Below, in pieces: positions 1 through 11,834 of a DNA stretch of 64,000 nt. Positions within the stretch are counted from its first letter, which is position 1; each line of letters opens with the position of its first letter. The notes under the pieces were generated by a model. It did no database searches. It was given only the letters and a program-made list of their open reading frames with translations, and was not told the origin of the DNA. The position numbers and the translations under genes were made by a program. The stretch comes from Glaucostegus cemiculus (Eukaryota), in contig CDPCPM010000418.1 of the NCBI GenBank assembly GCA_976551045.1, forward strand, positions 3,472,001-3,536,000. The letters run 5' to 3'.

Positions 1-625
1 CTTGAGTTTTAGAACATGAATTGCAAAAGAGTAGTTTGCAGGTACAAGAAGTAAATAAAAAGGATAAGATAAAGATTTTTTTAAATCACGAGGGGAACTG
101 AAATGGTTATGCCTCAGTTTTATAGATCACTCAAGAGACCACATCCGGAGTACTGGTCTTTAGATTTAAGAAAGGATGTTAACACATTGGAAGATATTCA
201 GAGAAAGTTTACTGGACTGACAGCTAGAATGGATGGATTGACTTATGAGGAAAGGTTGGAGAGGCTAGGTCTGTGTCTAATAGAGTTTAGAAGATTGAGA
301 GGTGACAATTAAAATATTTAATCTTGAGGCATCCTGACAGGGAGGATGTGAAGAGAGTGTTTCCTCTTGTGAGAGATTCTCAGATGGTCTTGACCCTTTG
401 GAACCCTCTACTTCAAACAGCAATCAAAGCAGAGCCTCTGAATATTTGTGAGGCAAATGTAGGAAGACTTTTGATGAGCAAGTGGGTGAAAGGTTACCGT
501 GGATAGATGGAAATGTAATGTCAAGGTTACAGTCAGATCAGCAGTGATCTTACTGAATGGGAGAGCAGATTCAAGGGGCGGAGTAGACTACTCCAGTCCT
601 AATTCAAATATCCCGATGTTTGTAC
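1..625 (+). mobile_element. Decayed CR1 LINE 3' end (ORF2 C-terminus and 3' UTR)
   Basis: Frameshifted peptides LYRSLKRPHPEYW..LRKDVNTLEDIQRKFT..YEERLERLGL..EFRRLRGD match the CR1 ORF2 C-terminus; CR1-type tail near 570-610. Confidence 0.9.
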
Positions 626-1122
626 GTGAAAGAGCACAAGGATGATGGCTGAACGAGACTTACTACCTCCCTAAGCAAACTTCATGATAAAATCCAGGCT
701 TGTGGATGGATTAGTAGCAGCTATTTAACTGGCACTGCAGCACTAACAAAACAACAATATCCATGCTTTCAACAAACTTAGCTTTTGAAACGGTGGGATA
801 TTCCCAAGATTCCTCAGAAAGAGACAGCTCCTTCAGAGAACAGGAAAAAAAACATAAATCAAATTATCGGAAACTGTGATGGGTTTTGATACCAAAAGTC
901 GTGGCTCAATTGTGTAAAATAACACACTTCTGCAGAGTGCTTTGTCTGTGTCGGGGTGTATACTCTGCATGGCAGTGATGTATACGCACTTTAAATACAT
1001 GTTAAGGTCAGAGATAAACACAGGCCACAGCCTGTGATGAGCTGGACCCATCGATTACATGAAAAATGACCAGGTTGCTAAGCTCAGCAAACAAAGCATC
1101 TGTCATTGTAGAATCGCCTCAC

Positions 1123-1185
1123 CTAAGTCACACTCACTGATCAGTGGATCCATCACGACAGCACACAGTTTAACTGTTCAGCTGC
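1123..1185 (-). other. Weak candidate small exon containing an ATG (MDPLI/MDPLISECDL), with two in-frame donors
   Basis: Acceptor tttctttcatgtttgcttcataactag; ATG at 1153; donors TCA|GTGAGT (1138) and TAG|GTGAGG (1123); lies in non-repeat DNA retaining several CpGs. Confidence 0.2.
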
Positions 1186-1429
1186 CTAGTTATGAAGCAA
1201 ACATGAAAGAAATTGGCAGGGTCGATGCTGTTTCCCCAGACTATACAGTCTGGTACTTAGGATAAAGTGACAGCCATTTAGGAAGAAAATAAGGGGAAAT
1301 ATCTTTGCACAGAGGTTGTAACATAACCTTTGTGGGTAATGTTGAAAAATGTTGTTGATTTATCTGATTAAATTGATTTTTAGGAACTTTCCATTCCATA
1401 CCTTGTATTTCCTAAATCCTAATTAGTGA

Positions 1430-1760
1430 GGAAGAAACAGGAGAGCAGGGAAACAGAGGAAAGGCAGTGCAGGAAGTAGAGTGAATTCAGGTACAGAAAG
1501 AGAAATAAAGTTACAGAGGGAAAAAATGGGTTAGAGAAAGAGACACAGCAAATTGAGAAAGCCAAAATATTAATTAAAATGTAATCTTTTTAATATCTCC
1601 CAAATCAGTTCTCAATCTGAAGGAATGAAACTACACCCTTGAAATGTATAAGACTGTTGCTGCACAGACAAATATCATGTTAACAAGGCAACAACAAATT
1701 TTGAGCATACTTCTGGGAGAATTAGCCCTAGTGATTAATATCTTGCATTCCTTTTTTGTT
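1430..1760 (+). repeat. Old unclassified interspersed repeat (probably non-autonomous DNA transposon), related to 5720-6087 and 15930-16400
   Basis: Purine-rich block followed by tctgaaggaatgaaactacac, resembling cttgaacaaatgagacttcaa at ~16067. Confidence 0.4.
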
Positions 1761-1967
1761 GCAAGATGGTCCTATACCACAGTGTTATTTTTCTGGTGTT
1801 CAGCTCATCCAAAAAACATTAACAATAATACAATGCCCCAGATTCACCTCTGGCAAGATTTTCAACCATTTTGGTGAATCATAACTCAATACTGTACACT
1901 CTCAGAAGAACCAGCTTTCAATGTTGCTGGTTCATCCTGAACAATACTTAAAGGTTCATACTCGTCT

Positions 1968-4620
1968 AGAACACAGAACAGTACAGCAGAGACCCTTTGG
2001 CTCATGATGTGTGTGCCAACCATGATGCCAATCTAAACTAATCCCAACAGCCTATACAAGGTCTATATCCCTCCCTTCCCTGCCTGTTCATGTGCCTGTC
2101 TAAATGCCTCTTAAATGTTGCTAAGATATGCACTCTATTTATGTATGCCCTCTATTTGACATTTCTACCCTTGGAAAAAGAGTTTGGCTTTCTGCTCTAT
2201 GCTTCTCCTAATTTTATATAATTCCATCAGATCACCCTTCACTCTCCAACACTGCAGAGAAAACAATCCAAGTTTGTCCAACCTCTCCTTATTGTTAATA
2301 TTCTCTAATCCAGGCAACATCCTGGTGAACTTCGGCACCTTCTCCAAAGCCTCCACATCCCTCCTGTAATGTGGTGACCAGAACTGCACACAATACTCCA
2401 AATGTAGCCAAACCAAATTTACAGTGGTAGTATGACTTTCTGACTTTTATACTCTACACCCCAACTGATGAAGCTAAGTAGGCCATATGCCTTCATTACC
2501 ATGCTATTGACTTGTGTTGCCACTTTGAGGGAGATATGGACTTTCACCCCAAGATCCCTTTGTACATCAGTGCTCCTGAGGGTCCTGTCATTTACTGTAT
2601 TCTTTCCTCTTGCATTTGACTTCTGAAAGTGTAACAACCTACACTTATCCAGATTAAACTCCACCTTCCATTTCTCCGCCCATGTTTCTAACTAGTCTAT
2701 ATCCTATTGAATCCCTCATCAACCTTCTTCACTATCCACAACTCTGCCAATTTTTGTGTTGTCTGCAAATTTACTAATCAGCCCACTTACATTTTCTTCC
2801 AAATCATTTATATCAATAAAACACAAACACCAGAGGTCCCATCACTGATACTTACAGAATCTCACTGATCACAGACCTCCAGTCGGAATAACACCCCTCC
2901 ATTACTACTCTCTGTCTTCCATGGCCAGGCCAATTGTGAATCCAATCTACCAAATCTCTTTGGATCTCATGTGCCTTGATCTTCTGGATCAGCTTACCTT
3001 GAGGGACCTTGGCAAAAGCTTTACTAAAGTCCATGTATCCAACGTTCACAGCCCTACCTTCATCACAAGATCACAAGATCACAAGATAATGGAGCAGAAG
3101 CAGGCCAGTCGGCCCATCGAGTCTGCTCCAGGGAAGGGAGGGTGGGAAGAAAAAAAAAACAAAAAAAAAACACCCTACTATTCTAAGTCCAAATCCCTGC
3201 CTTATCTCCATATCCCTTGATACCTTGACCAATTAGATATCTATCTATTTCCTTCTTGAATATCCCCAATGATCTGGCTTCCACTGCTTTCTGTGGTAAG
3301 GAGTTCCACAGGTTCACCACCCTCTGGCTAAAGAAATTCCTCCTTATCTCTGTTTTGAACCTGCTTCTTCTAATTCTAAGTTTGTGTCCTCTAGTCCTGG
3401 ATTCCCCCACCAAGGGAAACAGCTTGACCACATTCACTTGGTCCATTCCTTTCAACATCCTGTACGTTTCTATTAGGTCCCCTCTCATTCTTCTGTACTC
3501 CAACGAGTACAGTCCAAGTGACGACAGTCTCTCGTCATATGTAAACTTTTTCATCCCAGGAATCATCCTAGTAAATCTCCTCTGAACCCTCTCCAACATC
3601 AGCACATCCTTCCTAAGGTATGGGGCCCAAAACTGCACACAGTACTCCAAGTGAGGCCTCACCAGTGCCCCGTATAGCCTCATCAACACTTCCTTGCTTT
3701 TATATACTATACCCCTCGAAATAAATGCCAACATAGCATTCGCTTTCCTTACTGCCGATCCAACCTGGCGGTTAACCTTTAGGTTATCCTGTACGAGCAC
3801 CCCTAAGTCCCTTTGTACTTCTGTGCTTCCAATTTTATCTCCTTCTAGATAATAGTCTGCCCTTCCATTTCTACTTCCGAAGTGTACAACTGCACATTTT
3901 TCCACGTTGAACCTCATCTGCCATTTCTTCGCCCATTCTCCTAGAATATCCAAGTCTCTCTGTAACTTTCCTGCCTCCTCAATACTCCCCACTCCTCCCC
4001 CAATCTTAGTGTCATCTGCAAACTTGGCCACAAACCCATTGACTCCTTCGTCTAAATCATTAATATATCAATCATCTTCATCAGCTCCTCAAAAAGTTTG
4101 TAAGACATGACTTCCCACTCACAACACCATTCTGACTTTCCCTAATAAGTCTATGCTTTTCCAGATGCAAGTAAATCCTATCCCTAAGAATCTTCTCCAA
4201 TAATTTCCATACCACTGATGAAAGGCTCACCATCCTATCATTTCCTAGTTTGTCTCTATTGCCTTTCTTAAACAGAGGAACAACACTGACTATTCTCCAG
4301 TCCTCTGGGACCTTGCCTGTGCCTTAAGAGGATACAAAGATCTCTGTCAAGGCCCCATCAATCCTCCCTTGCCTTTCTCAATAACCTAGGACAGATCCCA
4401 TCAGGCTCTGAGGACTTAACCGCCTTAATGTGTTTCAAGAGCCCCAACATCTTCTCCTTCTTGACATCAACATGCTCTCGAATATTAGCATACCCCTCCA
4501 TGATTTCACTATCCTCTATGTCCTTCTCCTTGGTGAATACAGATGTGAAGTACACATTTAATATCTCACCCACTTCCTCTGACTCCAGGCATAAATTCCC
4601 TCTTTTGTCCTTTGGTCATA
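1968..4620 (-). mobile_element. Older CR1 LINE ORF2 remnant, split by a younger CR1 at 3066-4066
   Basis: Frameshifted peptides YMDFSKAFAKVP, MEFNLDKC, HLEYCVQFWSPHYRRD, ILNVYFTSVFTKE, PDGICPRLL; tail at ~1968-2010. Confidence 0.95.
3066..4066 (-). mobile_element. Young 5'-truncated CR1 LINE with uninterrupted ORF2 C-terminal frame (RT FADD motif to stop at 3183)
   Basis: YINDLDEGVNGFVAKFADDTKIGG...LVRPHLEYCVQFWAPYLRKD...KGYGDKAGIWT with no stops over >280 codons; (TCTTGTGA)n tail; ATCA duplicated at 3062-3065 and 4067-4070; host sequence resumes exactly. Confidence 0.97.
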
Positions 4621-5719
4621 AGCAGAGACTGCACAATTCTTTGCAAAACACACCAGAAACTGTAATCTCCAGGTGGCTTTGGCAGATTGCACCTCAAAAA
4701 TTAAGTGGCCAGAAAACCTGAAGGAAATCTTACAAAACAAAAGGGTGACCAGTTTCCATGTTCACCATATCAGAAAAGAGAAAAGGAGAAAGGCATCTAA
4801 CAAAAGAGGTGGCTGAGACAGTGTGAAGAATCTTGTTGCAAGGTTTCTAAGTGTGAGGATCACCCCAACTTTATGAGCAGTGCAGGAGGTTGTGTGAGCT
4901 TGTATTTGTAGTTTGCACAGATGTGTGCAAGGATTACCTTATGGAAGAGCAGCTATCACAGATGTTATTCCTGTGGAAAGAGTTGGCTGGGAAGCAGCTC
5001 ACTGTAAAGCCTGGATAGAGAAAGGTTATGGTTGCACCGGGGGGGGGGGGGGCTCTGCTAACTGGGGTGTCTGTTTGCATCAATCTACTTCTGGTTTGTT
5101 TTGATCCTTGCACAACATCTCTGTGGATATATACTGCATTTCACACTTTGCTGCTCGCTGCTGCATTACAGAAATCAAAACAAGTCTCTACTGGGGAGCC
5201 TTCCAATTTTGATGAATGCGACCTTTGCTTTCAAACCAAGAGGGGACATTTGGCTGCATTGCAAGAGCTCCAAAAACTGCAGGCATTCAATGAGGATACT
5301 CATGACCTTACAGATGTCTTGGTTACAACTTCCTGTCGTCACAGCTCCTGGCACTGGGAAGCTGCCTCCTACACACACTGTTCAACAGAAGCCTGTGCCA
5401 GTCCTCCCACATCCCCACCACCACCCCCCATCTCACTAAATGATAACATTCCTTGGTAACACTTGCTAGAAGCTGAAAGAATGCTGCATTGTGGTCTGAC
5501 CCTTTCAAGGCTTCTTCCTGAGGTTAAAGCTATGAGGAAAGGTGTAAGTTATGCAAGAAATTTAAGCTCTCTCGCCTGTTCCTGAAATTAAGTGTCATTG
5601 TTTGAGGGTACAGCTATTGCTATTTTGCAAATGGTGCTGATGAATTTTGCATTTGTTTTAAAAGAAGAGCTTTTTCAAAACTGCTTAAGGAGATTGGTAA
5701 CACAGTTTTAATGCTGGAA

Positions 5720-6087
5720 AAATGGCACAAATGAATTTCTAGGCCATCATTTTTAATTGTTCACTCACTGTCTGAGTAAGAGAGGTTAACTGGCAGTCAA
5801 TTACAATTATCATGCCGTTAAACAGGTGCTTGCAACTGTTAATTACAAGGTGCAATTTCCTGTGATGAGTTTAATGGGCAATAAACGTGCAAATACAGCA
5901 ATTTCATGAAACTCACTGGGAGGTTTAGGGCTAAATGCTGTTTGCAGAAAGGTAACAGAGGAGCAGCGTTAATCTTGCAGTAACATGCAATTCGCAACAT
6001 AGGGTATATTTTTCACACCACTGGCTTTTCATTAATAATGGTCAGCTGTGACTGGAGGCTGTGTTTTCTTTCAGTAAAATCTAGGCC
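5720..6087 (+). repeat. Old non-autonomous DNA-transposon-like repeat, right part ending in aaaatctaggcc
   Basis: gagaggttaactggcagtcaattacaattatcatgccgttaaacaggtgct aligns by eye with gtgagattgatttatcgtaattgacacttaacacatcattaaatgggtcct at ~16112. Confidence 0.45.
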
Positions 6088-6685
6088 ATTACTTTAAGAG
6101 CAGAGAGTAGAGAGAAGCTTTGAAAAGATCAGGCTGGGGTCTGGCTCCTGACTGTGAAACTGTTCATCGTGCTTTAAAATGCATGTGTGAAGATTAGTTG
6201 GGGAAAGGATCAAGGTCAAGCTCAAGTATGAACCCATCCAAGGTGGATACCGACTTGTCACACCTGAAGGATTGGGTTAGATCAGCGGGTACAAAGAAAC
6301 TCAACATCCCACACAAAACATTCTCCAAGAGTCAGAGGGGAAAAGAACAAGGAGAAATCTTTGTGAGATTGCAGTCTGGCCTTTAGCTAATTGCCTGAAA
6401 GCAATCAATACTCCTCTAAATAAATTATGACCTCATACCTTATACCATCAAAACCAAATGCATCTAGTTAAGAGCCAATCAATTGCTGTTGAATATATTG
6501 ATTGCTCTCTGCTCTCCTCATTAGAAATACAATAAGCAACAGCCTACCATGCATTTTAAATGGAGATACAAAACTGCCGGTTTTGCTCTGAGACTCACAG
6601 CAGACCCAAGTTATGCCAGTGGTTCCACATCACTCAATTGTAAAGTCCTGTCCCTGAAGGCCAATTACATTTGGGATCTTAATAA

Positions 6686-7068
6686 GGAGCCTTGCGTCAA
6701 TGGGTAGAACTCTTGCTTTGGAGTCTGAAGGTTGTGGGTTCAAGTCCAATTCCAGAGAGCGGAGCACAAAATCCAGTAGGCGTGCATGTTGTGTGTCAGA
6801 GCCTCTGACTTCCTGATGACTCATTAAACCAAGGCCCAACTAGGGGAGGGGGTGTGGTACATGGGTTCTGTGCATATTTGGCAAAATGTTTATTCCTTAA
6901 CCAACATAACCAAGTCAGATCATCTGGTCTTTAGCCAACTACCATTTGTGACAAGTGTTTCTTATATTACAACGGTGACTGCGCATTAAATCTTCTTCAA
7001 TGGGTATATGGCACTTTGAGTTGCCTCAAGATAGTAAAAGGTACCACTGAAATGCCAGCCTTTCTTTC
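6686..7068 (+). mobile_element. tRNA-derived DeuSINE (SacSINE1/AmnSINE-type), near full length
   Basis: Head tgggtagaactcttgc...ggttgtgggttcaagtcc (A/B boxes), central gatgactcattaaaccaaggccc, 3' attacaacggtgactgc...ggcactttgag. Confidence 0.85.
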
Positions 7069-7770
7069 TCTAATGGTCACTATATACCTTCTGTAGGTAG
7101 GACAGAAATTTGATAAAAACACAGATAGCAAGCATAGTGTGAAAAGAGTGGACTGAAGAGGACGGGAACATAAGCATATTACAGCAGTAAATTTAATAAA
7201 TGAGACCATTTTGCTGAAGAAATATTCAGTCTGAAGTAGGGATGTCATGGTAATGCAATATATTGACAAATAGCAGCACTGTGGAATGCTTTCTGTAATA
7301 AAATCTTGGTTGCCAACTAAATCATTTCCAGTATATGAAGCATTTAGCTCAATCAGGGGTGAGCCCATTGAAGGAACCTGACTGACAGGTTGATGAAATG
7401 GAGAAATTCAAGTTCAGTAACAGCACATAATCAGTCTCAGTGCTGGCAATTTTTGATGAAGTTCGGTCAGTTTCAGGTCAGGAGCTGACTTGAAATTGAC
7501 CACAAAGGATGCAGTCATGAGTATTTCCTGCAGATGAACTCGAATGAATGGTTTTTTTTGAGAAGTATAATTAAATTAAGGACAACTGCAGCAAATATGG
7601 GAACAAATTGACTAATTCTGAAACAGAACACAATAAAATGCTTCTGCCCTGATCAGTGAATCTTCCCTTGAGTCTCACTTCCAATCTGTATCTTTCTAAA
7701 CCTAGCCCTGGTCAGTGGCACTAAATTCAGTGTTAGTGTGTTGTCCTTGGCCTCTGAAATTCATCCCATT

Positions 7771-9366
7771 GAAGTCATAAGTCAAAGAGTTAAACTGCAC
7801 AGAAATGGACCCTTCAGCCCTCTATGTCCATTTTGCTCTTCTATACTAATCCTTTTTGCCCATATTAGGTCAGTATCCTTCTCTGCATTGTGTAAATTTC
7901 TTTTAAACATATTTATTGTATCTGATTCCACTCCTCTGGCAGTGAATTCCAGATATCAACTGTTCTGTGCATAAAAATCTTTCCTTTCAAATCGCCTTTA
8001 AAACTCCTCCCTCTTGTACAAGCCCTCAGAACCACACCATCTTTCCTTGATACGAATTTGCTTTGAGTCATGATGAAGGTCATACTGCCAGTAACTCCTG
8101 TTCACATTGAGACTGGATGTTTTTTCTTATTTAACCTAGTTTCTTGTCCCACCTAAGGTCATCCAATCCAGACAACATCCTGGCGAATCTCTTCTGTAGT
8201 CTCACTATTGCTGCCACACATTTTCTATAGTGTGGTGACTGGAACTGTTCAGGATACTCCTAATGTGGTCTAACCGGTGTTTTGTAAAGTTGCAACATAA
8301 TGTCCCAACTTTTATATGCTATGCCTCAACCTATAATGGCAAGCAGAATATATGCCTTCTTCGCCACCCATCTACCTGTGTTTCCACTTTCAGGCAACTA
8401 TTAACTTGAACCTCATGGTTTCTTTGTTCATCAACATTCTTTCAGGCCCAATATTTATGTTCTACCCCTATTTGACTTTCCAAGATACATCACCTTGCAC
8501 TTGTCAGGATTAAATTCCATAGTCAATGCTCCGCCCAACTTTCCATCTGATCTATATCCTGCTGCAGCCTTAGACAACCTTGTTAGCCATCTACAACACC
8601 ACTAACTTACATGTCACATGCAAATTGACTCATCATACCTCCTACCTTCACGTCCAAGTCATTAATATATTTCACAAACAACAAGGGTTTCAGCACCATC
8701 CCCTGCAGTACACCACTGGTCACAGACTTCCAATCAGAAAAGCATCCTTCCACCACTGCCTACAATCAACAAGCTGATGTTGGATCCGATTAGCCAGCTC
8801 GCTTTCTGCACCAACTCACCATGTGAGACCTTGTCAACTGCCCTACTAAAGTCCATACAATGTCTACTGCCCTGCCTTCATCAATCATTTTAGTAATCTC
8901 CTCAAAAAAACTCAAACAAATTACTGAGGCAGGAATTTCCCTGAAAAAGCCATGCTGACTACCTCTGATCATCTCCCGCCTTTCTAAATGTATATAAATC
9001 CTACCCTTCAGGACTTCTCCAGTAATTTCCTTCCCACTGATGTCAGGCTAACCAGTCTGTAGTTACTTAGCTTATCCCTGCTGCCCTTCTTAATTAAAGA
9101 AAAACATTAGTTATCCTCCAATCTTCTGGTATCCCATTGTGGCTAATAAAGACGCAAAAATTTCTGTCAGAAACCCAACTATCTTCTCCCCTGCCTTCCA
9201 TAACAATCTGGGATAGATCTCATCCAGTCCTGGGGATTTATCAGCCTTCAGGCATCCCAAAACATCTAAAATCTTGTCCTTCTTAATAGTCATCTGCTCT
9301 AGATTATCCATGTACCATTCCCTGAACTCACTATCTTCCTTATACTTTTCCTTGGTGAATACAGAT
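7771..9366 (-). mobile_element. Decayed CR1 LINE ORF2 and 3' end
   Basis: LKADKSPGLDEIYPRLL, IRGSQHGF, FFEEITKMIDEGRAVDIV. Confidence 0.92.
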
Positions 9367-9524
9367 AATGGAATTGAATCTCAGAGACAGAGTACATTGA
9401 CAGAATTACATAGAGCATTTAATGCTATCAACCAGGGATGAATTCCTAGGCATATATTATCTTCCTTCCCCCTCTCTTTGTTTTATCATTATTAAACTGT
9501 TAATTTCCTGACCTAAGAACCAAT

Positions 9525-9815
9525 CTTGCATTTTTATAGCACCTTTAAATTAGTAAAACAAACCAAGGCATCTTACGGGAATGGTTACAAAATTTGACCG
9601 CAGTTCATATATTTAGATATTAGGACAGTTGATCAAAAGCTTAGTCAAAGAGGCTAGCTTAAGTAAGAATTTTACAGGAAAAATACCGTAGGGTCATGGT
9701 GGGAATTCTGAATTTAGGGTCAATTCCACAACTTTCAGTGGTGGAATGGTGATAGTATTGGATGAGTATGAGGCCAGAATAGTAGTGAAGAGATTCTGGA
9801 GGTTTGCAGGGCTCC
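9525..9815 (-). mobile_element. L2-clade LINE 3' end
   Basis: cttgcatttttatagcacctttaa...aaggcatctt terminus and gatcaaaagcttagtcaaagagg, shared with other L2 copies in the window. Confidence 0.7.
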
Positions 9816-10334
9816 CTATCTTACTTGACTCAGTGGTCTTAGAAAATGTAATTCCAGTTTTACCTCTTTCTTCATTTGCCTCACCCTAGTCTAGGAGCTA
9901 CATGTCTTCATTTTAATTTCTCTAAACAAAAGTAATTTCCCCGGCTTTCAACAATGGTTCAAAGCCCTTAATTTGCAGAGAGGCACATGCTTTTAATGTC
10001 TTGCAACTTTGCATCCCTTCTGATTTGGTCTTCCTACAGTACCATTTGTAGGTTTTTTTCCCTCAAAGTAGACCCAGTAGAAATTAAAGAATGGCAATAT
10101 AGTTCCATGTTAGAATGATGCGTGACTTGCAAAGGACTCTTCAGATGATACACCAGATGCCCTTGCCTTCCTCCTTATAGAATTCATGGGTTTGTGAGAT
10201 GATATAGGACTGCCCAGCAGTGAACTTTTTTTTAGATGTTTCACACTACAGCAGACTGTAGGTTGTCCAATCAGTGTAACTTAATGCAGAATTCTTAAGA
10301 GCGAGTGATTCAGATTTCTATCCAAATGCATGCT

Positions 10335-10550
10335 TGTTCAACCTGCACGTCTCTTCCTCAGAAGGCTGTGAATACTGGGAAACAATCTTGAGACTTCAGG
10401 GGTGATACAGAGCAGTAGGTGGATGTGGGATCTGAGGTGCAGATCAGCCACAATAAGGATTTCAAGGCATATGGATTAATAGGTGGGATTCGAGCTATGA
10501 TCCAAGTGAATAGTGGAAGACTAGAGTGGATGAATGTCCTCATCTTATTC
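10335..10550 (+). mobile_element. CR1 3' end fragment
   Basis: ctcagaaggctgtgaat...gatcagccac matches CR1 ORF2 end and 3' UTR. Confidence 0.65.
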
Positions 10551-10944
10551 TTTACTATAATTCTCCCCTCACACAGTGCTAACTCTACAGCATCTTGAAG
10601 AGAAGGTGGGACAAGAAATTGGGTTAAATAAGAAAAAACATCCAGTTTCGATGTGAGCAGGAGTTACTGGCATTATGACCTTCAACATGACTCAAGGCAA
10701 ATTTGTATCAAAGAAAGATGGTGCTGGTTTTGAGGGCTTGTACAACACACAGAAACACACACTTGCACATGCAAAGATGTACACAAGCACATGCACGCAC
10801 ACATACATTGTGATAGAGTCTGTAGAGGTCTCTGACAATCTCTCCTACAGACCCACAAGAAACCTTTTTATATTATTTTCCAACCAAGGCACAATTAGAT
10901 TTTCCAAACATTGTGTCCTTGTTTGGCAGAGCTGGAGAAACAGA

Positions 10945-11060
10945 GAAAGTTGGACCAGGAGTAGGCCATTTGGCCCTTTGAACCTGCTCTGTGATCATGG
11001 CTGGTCTTCCACGTCAATATCATATTCCTGCGCTCTCCCATACCCCTGGACGCCTTTGGA
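10945..11060 (-). mobile_element. CR1 3' tail fragment
   Basis: caggagtaggccatttggccctttgaacctgctc...gatcatggctg. Confidence 0.75.
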
Positions 11061-11311
11061 AGGGTCACAACTGGTCACATGATACAGACATTCATCAACC
11101 AACTGCAATTTAGCAATTCACATTTTGAATTATAATCTTAAACATGTAATACGCAGAAAATAGAATACCTTAAATTAAAATAGTATTGCAGATTTCCATA
11201 CTTCACAACACAGTGATATGAAAAGGTACAACCTGCCTTAATTTAGCATCTTATTACAGTTCTCAAAAACATGGTATTTCATACACAGTAAATTACTTTC
11301 AAATCCAGAAA

Positions 11312-11640
11312 GAATGAACCTGCACCTACACAGCACTTTCAGAACCTCAAGATGTCCCACAGCAATTTACATCCAAGCAAGTACTTCTTGAATTGTGGTC
11401 ACAGTGGGAATATAGAAAACAAGGCACCCAATCTGCCCTGGGCAAAGTCCTAAAAACAGCAATGAAATGTTTAACCAGATGAACTGCAATGATTGCCTTG
11501 GTTCAGGCATTAATGTTGACCAGGATGAATGGGATATCTCTCCTTCAAACAGTTCAGTAGGATCTTTGATGTCCAATTGACAGAGCAAATGTAGTTTTGA
11601 TTCAACACCTAAAAGATTGCCATCTGTCAATGGTGCATGT
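11312..11640 (-). mobile_element. DeuSINE
   Basis: Reverse complement of the 6686 family (aagtacttcttgaattgtggtcacagtg...ggatctttgatgtccaattga). Confidence 0.8.
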
Positions 11641-11719
11641 CTACATGGCCCTCAAAGCCAATATCAACTTTCCTTGAGCTGAACTTGCTTTGACTGCCTA
11701 AATTGGGCACTCAATCCTT

Positions 11720-11807
11720 CATAGACGCTGCCTGACCTGCTGAGTTTCTCCAGCATTTTGTGTGTGTTGCTCCAGATTTCCTGCATCTGCAGTCTCTCTT
11801 CTGACTC
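11720..11807 (+). mobile_element. Penelope-type terminal repeat fragment lacking the ribozyme part
   Basis: agacgctgcctgacctgctgagtttctccagcattttg...ccagatttcctgcatctgcagtc, similar to 14380-14458. Confidence 0.75.
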
Positions 11808-11834
11808 AATTCTCTGTATTGGCTATGGAACATA

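Noticed and set aside
1123-1185. Assigning a gene name from the MD-start micro-exon layout
   Set aside because: The peptide does not match any protein I can recognise; naming it would be a guess
3183-4031. Longest ORF (282 aa) as a host gene
   Set aside because: It is a 5'-truncated CR1 ORF2 with tail repeat and target duplication; the start is an internal GTG
4760-5560. Overlapping 60-143 aa ORFs as a gene or transposase
   Set aside because: No recognisable motif or splice structure; may be decayed transposon interior but cannot be supported
6686-6770. tRNA gene
   Set aside because: The A/B-box head continues into a SINE body found many times in the window; no intact cloverleaf
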